From assembly GCA_965228895.1 (NCBI GenBank), contig OZ245842.1, positions 5,152,001 through 5,216,000 on the forward strand: a stretch of DNA of 64,000 nt. Direction: 5' to 3'. This document shows positions 18,022 to 27,506 of the stretch, one piece after another. The translations under genes and the position numbers were made by a program. The notes under the pieces were generated by a model, which was not told the origin of the DNA, ran no database searches, and saw only the letters and a program-made list of their open reading frames with translations. This stretch comes from Alphaproteobacteria bacterium (GTDB lineage: Bacteria; Pseudomonadota; Alphaproteobacteria; SP197). Each line of letters opens with the position of its first letter. Within the stretch, counting starts at the first letter, position 1.

Positions 18022-19151
18022 CCGATGATCGAAAGCCCGACATCCTGTTGTTCGCAGAAGATCCCGGCGCGGCCAATCTTATCGCGCCTTTGCCGACGCA
18101 GCTTCGGCATGCCGGCCTCCATTGCCGCTTTTTCGCCGACCAACAGCTTGCCGGGTTTCTGAGCGACCGCATGATTGACGTCTGTTTGCTCGAAGACGAA
18201 CCCGGTGACGTGCTCGACGCGCTGGGCCCTCGTCTCGTGGCGTGCGGTACGTCGGAAAACCGCAACGGCAGCAGCCTGGCCATACTCGATGCCGCGCATG
18301 AGCGCGGCATAACGTCGCTGGGACTGGTCGATATGCTGGCGAATGCGAGGCATCGATTCCAAGGTGCCGGTGAGCACCCGCTGGAACACGCGCCCGACTG
18401 GATCGCCGTGCCCGACGCGCCGACCGCCCGTATCTATGTGGAGCTGGGATTTCCAGCGGACCGCATCGCCGTTTGCGGCCATCCCCATTACGACGTCGTT
18501 CGCGACAGACGCGAAGAGTTCTTGTGCCAGTCGCGCGATGCCATGCGTGGAGAACTGCTTCCCGATGCACCACCGGATCGACCGGTGCTGATTTTTCTTG
18601 CCGAAGGAGTCGACCAGCTTGATCCGGAAGCCAGCCGGGCGACAGCGGCCTATACATTGCGTGGCAGCGGCAACAGCAATGACCGGACAACCATCGTCTT
18701 GGAGGAGATCCTGGCAGCGGTCGACGAACTCAACCCAAGGCCTTATGTCGTTCTTCGTTTACATCCCAAAAATGCGGCGAGCGACTACCAGAGCCTTCGC
18801 CATAAGATCGACCTTGTGAGCCATGACGGGGATCCTCTTCCGCTCCTCTGGTGTGCGGATAGCGTTGTCGGCATGACGACGTTCTTGCTCGTCGAGGCTT
18901 CGTTGCTCGGGTTGCCGACCTTGTCGGTCTTGCCGCGGGCCGAGGAGGCCGAATGGCTGCCAACCACTGCGGACGGAACGACACCAGTTGTCACGGCAAG
19001 ACATTACCTGCGCAGAAAATTGCAGGAGATTCTGGATCGGTCCGTTCGCAATCAGCGCGAAGTCCAATTGCCGTCCGGCGCCGGACAGAACACTGCTGCG
19101 CTGATCAAACAATTGCTGGGCCACTCGCATGATGTGGCGGACACGGATTGA
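18009..19151 (+). CDS. GT-B fold protein, putative ulosonate glycosyltransferase (or NeuC-like)
   Basis: 'PDWIAVPD', 'CGHPHYD', 'LRLHPK', 'ADSVVGMTTFLLVEASLLGLPTLS' resemble CDP-glycerol/sialyltransferase/UDP-GlcNAc 2-epimerase-like GT-B proteins. Confidence 0.55.
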   Translation: MPGLADDRKPDILLFAEDPGAANLIAPLPTQLRHAGLHCRFFADQQLAGFLSDRMIDVCLLEDEPGDVLDALGPRLVACGTSENRNGSSLAILDAAHERGITSLGLVDMLANARHRFQGAGEHPLEHAPDWIAVPDAPTARIYVELGFPADRIAVCGHPHYDVVRDRREEFLCQSRDAMRGELLPDAPPDRPVLIFLAEGVDQLDPEASRATAAYTLRGSGNSNDRTTIVLEEILAAVDELNPRPYVVLRLHPKNAASDYQSLRHKIDLVSHDGDPLPLLWCADSVVGMTTFLLVEASLLGLPTLSVLPRAEEAEWLPTTADGTTPVVTARHYLRRKLQEILDRSVRNQREVQLPSGAGQNTAALIKQLLGHSHDVADTD

Positions 19152-19690
19152 TTAGGACACCGACAATAGAAACGTCACGTCTCGTGTTGCAGCCATTTGA
19201 TGATCGACATCTTACCGAGCGCTATGTCGCTTGGTTGAACGATCCGGTTGTCGTCCGCTTCAGTGAACAGCGGCATGCGCATCACACATTGGAAAGCTGC
19301 AAGATTTACTTTGATGGACTACTCGCTGGTGAGCACTTCTTCTGGGCCATCGAGTTGCAGGGCGCATCGCCAGTGCATATCGGGAACATGACGGCCTATC
19401 GGGATCGACCGAACAATGTAGCTGAAATCTCGATCTTGCTCGGTGACCGTGGACATCACGGAAATCACTATGGCAAGGAAGCTTGGTGTGCGGTGGTAGA
19501 CCACCTCATCGTCAGTGAGAATGTCAGGCGTGTCGAAGCGGGAGCTATGGAACTCAATGAGCCCATGCTTCGGATCTTCAAGGCAAGTGGCATGCACGAG
19601 GAGGGCCGTCAGAAAGGGCGTTTCCTTTTGGATGGCCAACCCGTTGATCTCGTTCATGCCAGCCGATTTGCAGAGAGCGGTGGGCGGTAG
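19148..19690 (+). CDS. GNAT N-acetyltransferase (RimJ/RimL-like)
   Basis: 'YVAWLND', 'HIGN', 'HGNHYGKEAW', 'NEPMLRIFKASGMHEEG'. Confidence 0.88.
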   Translation: MIRTPTIETSRLVLQPFDDRHLTERYVAWLNDPVVVRFSEQRHAHHTLESCKIYFDGLLAGEHFFWAIELQGASPVHIGNMTAYRDRPNNVAEISILLGDRGHHGNHYGKEAWCAVVDHLIVSENVRRVEAGAMELNEPMLRIFKASGMHEEGRQKGRFLLDGQPVDLVHASRFAESGGR

Positions 19691-19694
19691 TCTG
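19683..19694 (+). promoter_or_regulatory. Possible internal ops site
   Basis: Exact GGCGGTAGTCTG on the non-template strand, overlapping the GNAT stop codon and preceding a ~90 bp gap. Confidence 0.35.
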
Positions 19695-19780
19695 TCGACA
19701 TTCAACTCAATGTTGGGTTGCGCATGTAACCGGTGCGAGATTTGCCGTGCCAAGAGCATGAGAAAGTTGGATCCCTGATC

Positions 19781-21466
19781 ATGAGGCGACATGCACACGC
19801 GACGTTGGGCCTAGCCAAACGTGCCGTTGTGTCAGGGGTCCAGGTCGTTCGAGACACGATGCCGTCGAACCGCCGCCTCACTGCCGAACGAGAGGCTGTG
19901 CGTGAACGTGCGGAGACGTTAATGGCCAGCCTGGCGGTGGGCGGTACACCGGCCTTTGACGGCAAGGTCCTGCTCGACGGTATGTTTGACAACGCCAACT
20001 ACTGGTATCGCCTTTCTCTGCTGCGTGCCGCATTGGGACTTGGTCACGCAGACGAGACTGGCCTCTATGGTCCATACATGGCCAAGTACGCCCGCCGCAC
20101 GTTCGATAGGTTCGGCATAAAGCGCCACGTCGCCTTCGATGGTTTGTTGACACCAAGCGACAGAGACCATGCCAGACGCGAGGCGGAAAGACTTGTCGGC
20201 GAGACGTCGCGGCCGGATGACATCCTGTCCTGGCAGTTGCCGTTCGACGTACCGCCTGGGCTCGTCTATGACGGCATTCTCAAAGCACAACGTGCCCCAA
20301 GCGTCGACACCAAACTTCCTCTGTTCACCGACCAGGTTGAGCGTTGTCTTGTCGAAATCCTGGCCGCAGCAAGGTTGCTCGACCAGACCGAGCCGAACCT
20401 GGTTGTTCTGAGCCATAGCTGCAATGTCAGCGATGGGACGCTGTGCCATGTTGCGGCCCAACGCGGTGTGCCCACCATCGTCGCTTTTGGCAACTATGGT
20501 GTCCCGCGCTACTGCCGGACCGATCGGACGGACGAGTTGTTCGACCCGGTCGATCGACCGAGCGGTCACGACCTGGAGTCGCTGCCGGAAACGCGTGCCG
20601 ACGCGCTGGCGCAAGCAGGAAGACAGCATCTGCAAGCGCGCTTCGAGGGCGCTACAGATGATGTCGGCGGTCAGTACGCCTTTGCCAAAGCGAACGGTAA
20701 CCTGACGCGTGCCGGCGTTGCGGCGCAATTCGGCTGGGACCCGGACCGTCCGATCGTGGCTGTGTATGCCGCCAATTGGTTCGACTACCCCCACTACATG
20801 GGCATGTCCAACTTCCGCGACTTCGCCGATTTCATCACGACCACGGTTCAAATCGCAATCGAGTGCTCCGACGTCAACTGGTTGTTTCGCCGGCATCCGG
20901 CCGATGACTTTTATGGCGGCAAGACGCTTAAAGATGTCATGCCCGCAAACCTGCCGCCCCATGTCGCGCTTTCCCCCAACGCGTGGAACGGTTCGGAACT
21001 CATGGGCTGTATCGATGGTGCGGTGACCTACCATGGAACAATCGGGATAGAAGCCGCGACCATAGGAAAACCGGTCATCGTTGCCGACCGTGGCTGGTAT
21101 GATGATTGCGGTTTTGTCACCCGTCCCGACGATCGCGCAGCCTATTGCGCGGCGCTGAAAGACCGGCAGTGGCTCGATGTGGATGTCCAGACCCGTCGAC
21201 GGAACGCCGAAATTTTCGCCGGCTGGTACTTTACGGTGCCAAGCTGGCAGGGCCAGTTGATCTGCGGCGACGATAGCGGCCAATGGTCGAACTATGACCG
21301 ACTGTCACAACTGATGACGCAGGAGGGCGCCGCGATACAGCGTGAAGTCGCGCAGATTTCAGCATGGTGGTCATCGGGCGCTCGTTTCTATCACACCGAA
21401 AAGATGCGTCATGCCGATGCGTTCATGGTGAGCAATGTCCACCGCGGGCAGGCTGGCACGACATGA
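19781..21466 (+). CDS. Capsule polysaccharide biosynthesis (KpsS/Capsule_synth-like) GT-B protein
   Basis: 'WLFRRHPAD', 'AVTYHGTIGIEAATIGKPVI' C-terminal motif typical of Capsule_synth-like proteins. Start 19733 or 19781. Confidence 0.65.
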   Translation: MRRHAHATLGLAKRAVVSGVQVVRDTMPSNRRLTAEREAVRERAETLMASLAVGGTPAFDGKVLLDGMFDNANYWYRLSLLRAALGLGHADETGLYGPYMAKYARRTFDRFGIKRHVAFDGLLTPSDRDHARREAERLVGETSRPDDILSWQLPFDVPPGLVYDGILKAQRAPSVDTKLPLFTDQVERCLVEILAAARLLDQTEPNLVVLSHSCNVSDGTLCHVAAQRGVPTIVAFGNYGVPRYCRTDRTDELFDPVDRPSGHDLESLPETRADALAQAGRQHLQARFEGATDDVGGQYAFAKANGNLTRAGVAAQFGWDPDRPIVAVYAANWFDYPHYMGMSNFRDFADFITTTVQIAIECSDVNWLFRRHPADDFYGGKTLKDVMPANLPPHVALSPNAWNGSELMGCIDGAVTYHGTIGIEAATIGKPVIVADRGWYDDCGFVTRPDDRAAYCAALKDRQWLDVDVQTRRRNAEIFAGWYFTVPSWQGQLICGDDSGQWSNYDRLSQLMTQEGAAIQREVAQISAWWSSGARFYHTEKMRHADAFMVSNVHRGQAGTT

Positions 21467-22401
21467 TCGCCAAGGCGCTACGCAGCACGCTCGGCGACGC
21501 CCTTTGGCGTCACAGCTTACGTCGCCATCGCAGCAACATGGGTTGGCGCCAGGCGCCGCAGTACAATCGGTATCTCGATCGATGCAGAGCAAGCTTCCAG
21601 GGCGAACTCCCCGATATCGGAGATCTGGATCGAGCCGTCCATGAGTTCCAACATCAGGGCGTAACATCATTCTGCACGCCGGAGACAATCGCGATTGCTG
21701 AAGGGATCCGGCACAAGCTGGAAGCACGAGAGCAGTCGGGGCAAGGCGCATGGGGCGCCCGAACCACCGAGAGCGACGACGACACCTATATCGGCGATCT
21801 ATGGCACGACTTCCCCGAGGTCCAAGACCTGCTCAAGGGGATTCTCGGCGCATTTCTCTCCCACTACTACCAGTGCCCGCCGAAGTTCTACTTCGGTCTG
21901 TGTTATCGTTCGTTACGGCGTTCTGACAGACCGAGCGGATCGCAACTCTGGCATAGTGATTCCGGTCCAGGCATCTGCACCAACGTCATGGTCTATCTAA
22001 GCGATGTGGGCTCTGATGACGGGCCGCTCCAGGTGCTTCCCTGGCAGGACTCCCTGCCGATTTTCCTGCGTCAACGCGCGGTCATGCGACAGCGCCTGCG
22101 ACAAGCAGATGGGCATCTCGACAAGTTGGCGCAGCGTGAAATCCTGTGCAGCTACTACGCCGAAGCGATTGAACAGGGGCTGACAGAGCGCGTTCGAACC
22201 ATGACGGGTCCCGTCGGAACTGTCGTGCCGTTCTTCAACAACAGCCTTCACCGCGGCGGATTTCCCGAGGCCGGCCACACGCGCCGCGCGCTGGTTTTCC
22301 ACTGCTATCCGTCGCATCGCCCGACCGATTGGTCGATCTATGACAAGGACGGGCTCAAAAAGCGTGGCTCTTACCCGCACGATCCTTCTGAACCCTTTTG
22401 A
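21463..22401 (+). CDS. PhyH-like Fe(II)/2-oxoglutarate dioxygenase
   Basis: HxD 'QLWHSD', 'VYLSDV..DDGPLQVLP', distal His 'LHRGG' and 'RRAL'. Confidence 0.75.
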   Translation: MIAKALRSTLGDALWRHSLRRHRSNMGWRQAPQYNRYLDRCRASFQGELPDIGDLDRAVHEFQHQGVTSFCTPETIAIAEGIRHKLEAREQSGQGAWGARTTESDDDTYIGDLWHDFPEVQDLLKGILGAFLSHYYQCPPKFYFGLCYRSLRRSDRPSGSQLWHSDSGPGICTNVMVYLSDVGSDDGPLQVLPWQDSLPIFLRQRAVMRQRLRQADGHLDKLAQREILCSYYAEAIEQGLTERVRTMTGPVGTVVPFFNNSLHRGGFPEAGHTRRALVFHCYPSHRPTDWSIYDKDGLKKRGSYPHDPSEPF

Positions 22402-23207
22402 ACACCAACCGGTCCGACAAACACTTGCTTTCGCTCCTTCGCCAGTTGGCCAGTGCCATCATCCATCCCACCAAACCCCAAGGGCGTGTACGGCCTCTGC
22501 GGACCTTGTTGACGATGCCCGTGTTCTTTGACGTCACGGCATACCTGATTCAGGCGCGCGATCTGCTTCGTCCAACCCGTATTAGTGAGTACTCGGTGGC
22601 CGATGATGATCATCACCGCAAGGTCCACGACTACAATGCGGGCGTGACGGAAGCGAAACGCATTCACAGAACGCGTCGCACTGAACCGTACTACCAAATC
22701 CTCAACCTTCCGCCGCGTGACTTAGCCGACGAAAAGCTCCTCATCGTCGGACCGCGCAATGTCCTGGAACTCTATCTCGCTTGGCTTCATGGATTTCAAT
22801 GGTCGAACATTACCGGCATCGACCTCTACTCGACGAACCCAAAGATCGTCGAAATGAACATGGAGGCGATGACGTTTCCGGATGCGTCATTTGATGCGAT
22901 GTCCATGTCTGCCACGTTAGCCTATGCCGATGATACGAAGCAGGCACTGCGTGAAGCGTTTCGTGTGTTGAGACCGGGTGGTGTTTTTGCGTTCGGACAA
23001 ACCTATGTCTCGGAAACCACGGAGTGGCCTGGCAATCGCTTTAGCGGAGACGATCTCAAGGCGATGCTCGATGACATCGGGTTTCGTGTCTACTACTACC
23101 AACCAAGGCCGAAGATTAACTCGCTTGGCCAGCCTCAGACGTCCCACGTGTTTGGTGTCGTCAAACCCGATCCGAACGGGTTGGTGCACGATATCGTCAC
23201 GATGTAA
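22398..23207 (+). CDS. Class I SAM-dependent methyltransferase
   Basis: 'LIVGPR', 'GIDL', 'FPDASFD', 'EAFRVLRPGG'. Confidence 0.8.
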   Translation: MNTNRSDKHLLSLLRQLASAIIHPTKPQGRVRPLRTLLTMPVFFDVTAYLIQARDLLRPTRISEYSVADDDHHRKVHDYNAGVTEAKRIHRTRRTEPYYQILNLPPRDLADEKLLIVGPRNVLELYLAWLHGFQWSNITGIDLYSTNPKIVEMNMEAMTFPDASFDAMSMSATLAYADDTKQALREAFRVLRPGGVFAFGQTYVSETTEWPGNRFSGDDLKAMLDDIGFRVYYYQPRPKINSLGQPQTSHVFGVVKPDPNGLVHDIVTM

Positions 23208-23307
23208 ATGGCGCATGCCGCTGTAATGGTCGGAAGCTTCAAGTCACTTACGTCGGTTGCGACATCCGCCGTTTCGGACCGGCAGCTGTGGTCAACGACT
23301 TGACGTG

Positions 23308-25185
23308 ATGGCGACAACGCAAGGTAAACACGGTGACCGCCGCTTGGAGCCTTTGGCGGCCGTTACGGGCAGCGCTTCCTCGGTTCTGGGGATGTCTGTC
23401 TCGGCTTGGCGTCTGCTCGAACCGGGCGAGAAGGTAGCGACGACGTTCATTCTGATCGCATCCGTGATTTCGTCGGCGGTCGAACTGGCGGCACTGTCGA
23501 CGGCTGTGCCTTTTGTGGGATTGTTGGTCGACCCAGACTCGCTGGATCGCTTTCCCTTGATCGGCGAGTTTTTTGCGATGTTGGGTCTGTCGCTCGACAA
23601 CGATGCGGTTCTGCTGGCAGGTGTGCTCGTTATCGCAAGTTTGACAGTCGCCTTTCTGTTCCGCACGGCCATCTTCTTCGCGGTCGAGCGCTTTAGTGCA
23701 CGCTTTGCTAATCGGTTGGTCGACGACCTCATCCGAGGCTGCCTATTTGGCCCCTATGCGTGGCTGCGTACGCAGAACGGCGCGCTGCTGGCGCAGCGCC
23801 TGTCAATCGATGCTTCTTCTGTGGGCCATGGACTTCTGTCGAGCATCCTCGATCTGTCCTATAGCCTGTTCATTCTCATCATCGGCATTGTCGTCGTTGT
23901 CACGGCGTCTTCGTGGATGACGATCGTCGTTTTGGGTGTGTTTGCGGTCATTGTCGCCATTGCATTGTCGGTTTTGAACCCGCTTTCCGCCCGCCTGTCA
24001 TCCAAACAGCGACTGCATAACATCCGCAGCATGCAGGAAGGAATCGAGGCGCTTGAAGGGTCGAAGGTTCTGCGTGTCACCGGTACCGAAGGCTATTTCG
24101 TGAGGCGGTTTGTCGGCAGTTGGGGTTTGGCAAACTACGCGCGCATGAACCTCAATCTCGTCAACAAGCTAATCCCGACGACAATCCTTCTGATCGGTCA
24201 GATTGGCATGCTGACATTGGCGATGTCGCTCTTTGCGCTCGACTTACCCAATGAGCTCATCGTTACGCAGCTCACGTTTATTCTCTTGGTTCTTGTCCGC
24301 GTATTGCCTGCGGTGTCGTCCATAAGCGGATCGGTCAATCGCCTGGTCAAGCTTGAGCCTTTCTTCCGTGGATATGCTGAGCTACGCGAGCAGGTCCTGT
24401 CCTGGGGATCACAAGACGAACGAGAGGCGAAGCCGGGACGCCCGGTCGATCTGTCGTGGAGCACACTGACATTTGACAATGTTGAGTTTGGTTTTGCTGA
24501 TTCCGATCGTGTGCAGCTCAAGGCCATTTCGTTTTCGCTTCAGTATGGGCAGCACTATGGCTTTGTCGGGCCGTCCGGCGCCGGAAAGAGCACGTTGCTC
24601 GATATTCTACTCGGCCTTCTGGAGCCGACGAACGGGCGTGTTTTGCTCGACCAGCAACCGCTGCAGGGACGTTGCCGTGCGGCATGGCTTGCGGCGATCG
24701 GTTACGTGCCGCAGGAGCCGTTTATCATCGATGACTCGCTTCGCCGAAATGTCGCGTTCGGCATCGACGACGCCGATGTCAGCGATGACAAGATATGGAA
24801 AGCCCTTGAGCTTGCCGAACTTGCGAGCCTCGTGCGCGATTGGCCCGATGGCCTTGCGACGTCACTGGGAGACGGCGGGGCGAGGCTGTCCGGTGGCCAG
24901 CGCCAGAGGGTTGCCATTGCCCGCGCCCTCTATTTCGATCCCCAGATCCTGGTCTTTGACGAGGCGACGAGCGCGCTCGATCTTCCGACCGAAAACGCCA
25001 TCCGAAAAACGATCGCAAAGCTGAGCGGCCAGCGCACCACGGTCACGATTACCCACCGGCTTGCAACGCTTTCCGACTGTGATCGCATCTTTATCTTGGT
25101 CGATGGCGAGATATCGGCATCCGGCACATTTGAACAGCTGTCGCGCGAAAATCGGTCCTTTCAATTGTTGTCGAACTCACCATGA
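23308..25185 (+). CDS. PglK/MsbA-type fused ABC transporter (lipid-linked glycan flippase candidate)
   Basis: N-terminal TM domain; Walker A 'GPSGAGKST', 'GYVPQ', signature 'LSGGQRQR', Walker B 'LVFDEATSALD', 'THRL'. Confidence 0.92.
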   Translation: MATTQGKHGDRRLEPLAAVTGSASSVLGMSVSAWRLLEPGEKVATTFILIASVISSAVELAALSTAVPFVGLLVDPDSLDRFPLIGEFFAMLGLSLDNDAVLLAGVLVIASLTVAFLFRTAIFFAVERFSARFANRLVDDLIRGCLFGPYAWLRTQNGALLAQRLSIDASSVGHGLLSSILDLSYSLFILIIGIVVVVTASSWMTIVVLGVFAVIVAIALSVLNPLSARLSSKQRLHNIRSMQEGIEALEGSKVLRVTGTEGYFVRRFVGSWGLANYARMNLNLVNKLIPTTILLIGQIGMLTLAMSLFALDLPNELIVTQLTFILLVLVRVLPAVSSISGSVNRLVKLEPFFRGYAELREQVLSWGSQDEREAKPGRPVDLSWSTLTFDNVEFGFADSDRVQLKAISFSLQYGQHYGFVGPSGAGKSTLLDILLGLLEPTNGRVLLDQQPLQGRCRAAWLAAIGYVPQEPFIIDDSLRRNVAFGIDDADVSDDKIWKALELAELASLVRDWPDGLATSLGDGGARLSGGQRQRVAIARALYFDPQILVFDEATSALDLPTENAIRKTIAKLSGQRTTVTITHRLATLSDCDRIFILVDGEISASGTFEQLSRENRSFQLLSNSP

Positions 25186-27506
25186 ACGTCGCGACAATCG
25201 AGTTTGGCACCAAGGGAGAGACATTGGCCCGTCTGGCCCCCGTCGTGTCCGACGCCAAGTTCTGCGACCAGTTGCTTTTTAGTGTGGCCTGTTGGCGGGC
25301 GGATCAGCCGAACTGGGTTGCGCGTGTCCTTTCGATGTTTGGCGACAAACTTCTCGTCGTTCGATCAAGCAGCCTCGCAGAAGATGGCCTCGCAGCGTCG
25401 ATGGCTGGTGTTTTTGTAAGTGTCGTGTCCGTTGAGTCGAATGAGGACGCTATCATTCAGGCGGTCGAACGCGTGATTGACAGTTATGGTACAGGGCCCG
25501 CTGAGAATCAGGTCCTGATACAACCCATGGTCGACGGCGTTGAAATTTCCGGTGTCGTCGTGACCCGAGAGCTGACCACCGGCGGCCCCTACTACGTCAT
25601 CAACTATGATGACTTCTCGGGCCGCACCGATACGGTGACGAGTGGTGCGGAAAGCAAGACACTTCTCATCCACCACTCGTCCACGGCTGATCTCCATTCA
25701 CCGAGGTTCTCGCGCCTGATCAGGATCGTCGAGACACTTCAACGTGTTTGCTGTAACGACCTTCTGGATATCGAGTTCTGTATCGCAGGCGATGACGTCT
25801 ACATATTGCAAGTGCGCCCGTTGACGATGCAGGCACGCTGGCGCGCCGCCCCAGACGACAAGGTTTCCGAGAGCCTGAACGGCATCAGGCAACTCATTGG
25901 CGGACGTGCCGCCGGGACCGGCCCGATCGTCGGCGATAGTCCTGTCTACAGTGACATGGCGGACTGGAATCCGGCGGAAATGATCGGCCAAACGCCGCGA
26001 CCTCTGGCCATGTCTCTTTACCGCTATCTGATTACAGATCAAATTTGGTGCACGGCCCGCCAAGCGATGGGATATCGGCAGTTTGCGCCCGAACCGCTTC
26101 TCGTTTCACTGGGCGGCCGGCCCTATATCGATGTCCGTCTAAGCCTGAACTCGCTTCTGCCCGAAGGGCTTGATCGCGGTACCGCCGATGCGATTGTGAC
26201 GAGCCAGCTTGCCATGTTGCGGGAACGCCGTGACCTCCATGACAAGTTTGAGTTCGAGGTCGCCGTCTCCAGTCTCGATTTCATGTTCCACGAAAAGGTG
26301 AGTGTGCTCAGATCCGAGGGACTTGGCGCCGTCCAGCTTGACGATCTGGAAGACCGCCTACGAAACCTGACCAACATGTGCCTGGCAACCCGGCGGGGCG
26401 AGCTTCAGCGTCTCGTCGCGCTGACAAACCGTCTTCACGATGGCATCGACGACGGCCTTGCGCCGAAAGATCGCGCCGCGCAGTTGCTCGACAACTGCCG
26501 CGACTTCGGAACCTATCCTTTCTCCATTGTTGCCAGGCATGCATTCATCGCCATGGCGTTTGTCAAAGCGATGGTGGCGCGTGGCGCCGTCGACCCGTCG
26601 TCGACGGCCCACCTGATGGGTGGCATTCACACTGTCGCTGCGACCATTGTCGAGGGCATGCACGACGTTTCAACCGGCGCCATGGCGCTCGATCAGTTCC
26701 TGGCGTTTTGCGGTCACTTGCGGCCAGGTACCTATGACATTCTGTCGCCGCGTTACGACGCCGCACCCGAGCTCTATTTGAAGGACAGCATTGCTGAGCC
26801 GGCACCGGTTGAGCCGTTCATGTGGTCCAGTGAGGAAGAACGGGTCCTGAAAGGCCTGCTCGACGAAAACCGTTTGGACATCGATCCAAAGGGGCTAATG
26901 GATTACATCGAACAAAGCGTTGTGGGTCGAGAGCAGGTCAAGTTTGATTTCACGCGCAACATTTCAGAGTCTCTCGAAAACATCGCCCAGTGGGGTGAGA
27001 CCCTGGGGCTCAGTCGTGATGATCTGTCGTTTCTCTCCATCGATACGATTCTTGGCAGCACGGTTGGAGATCCCGGCCTCCTGAGAGATCTGGTCGCTCA
27101 CCAGCGCGAGGAGCATGCTGTAACGCTGACGGCGCGGTTGCCGGAAGTCGTTACCGGCATCGACGATATTGGTGTCGTTCGCATGCCGCTCGGCAAGCCG
27201 ACATTCGTCACGCAGCAGGTGGTGACGGCACGTTTGGTCGACTTGGAGCGCGACGGTGCCGACAATCTGCAGGGCGCTATCGTGCTGATCGAAGCGGCTG
27301 ATCCGGGGTATGACTGGATTTTGTCCCACGGCGTTGCGGCGTTGGTCACAAAGTTCGGCGGTGCCAACTCTCACATTGCCATTCGGTGTTCGGAGTTCGA
27401 TCTGCCGGCAGCAATTGGCTGCGGCGAACGTCTGTTTGATGCGTTGCGGGTTGGTACGGTGATCGAGTTGGATTGTGCCACTCGTTCCCTGCGAGCTATC
27501 GCATGA
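25182..27506 (+). CDS. L-glutamine kinase (Cj1418-like; PEP-utilising swivel-His domain)
   Basis: 774 aa; 'GTKGETL', 'VRSSS..ED', 'LIQPMV', 'DIEF', 'LQVRPL', 'DWNPAEMIG', 'GHLRPGTYDI', C-terminal 'ADPGYDW...GGANSHIAIR'. Confidence 0.85.
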   Translation: MNVATIEFGTKGETLARLAPVVSDAKFCDQLLFSVACWRADQPNWVARVLSMFGDKLLVVRSSSLAEDGLAASMAGVFVSVVSVESNEDAIIQAVERVIDSYGTGPAENQVLIQPMVDGVEISGVVVTRELTTGGPYYVINYDDFSGRTDTVTSGAESKTLLIHHSSTADLHSPRFSRLIRIVETLQRVCCNDLLDIEFCIAGDDVYILQVRPLTMQARWRAAPDDKVSESLNGIRQLIGGRAAGTGPIVGDSPVYSDMADWNPAEMIGQTPRPLAMSLYRYLITDQIWCTARQAMGYRQFAPEPLLVSLGGRPYIDVRLSLNSLLPEGLDRGTADAIVTSQLAMLRERRDLHDKFEFEVAVSSLDFMFHEKVSVLRSEGLGAVQLDDLEDRLRNLTNMCLATRRGELQRLVALTNRLHDGIDDGLAPKDRAAQLLDNCRDFGTYPFSIVARHAFIAMAFVKAMVARGAVDPSSTAHLMGGIHTVAATIVEGMHDVSTGAMALDQFLAFCGHLRPGTYDILSPRYDAAPELYLKDSIAEPAPVEPFMWSSEEERVLKGLLDENRLDIDPKGLMDYIEQSVVGREQVKFDFTRNISESLENIAQWGETLGLSRDDLSFLSIDTILGSTVGDPGLLRDLVAHQREEHAVTLTARLPEVVTGIDDIGVVRMPLGKPTFVTQQVVTARLVDLERDGADNLQGAIVLIEAADPGYDWILSHGVAALVTKFGGANSHIAIRCSEFDLPAAIGCGERLFDALRVGTVIELDCATRSLRAIA

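Noticed and set aside
25182-27506. PEP synthase or pyruvate phosphate dikinase
   Set aside because: The His-swivel domain is C-terminal and there is no PEP/pyruvate-binding barrel; the neighbours fit glutamine kinase.
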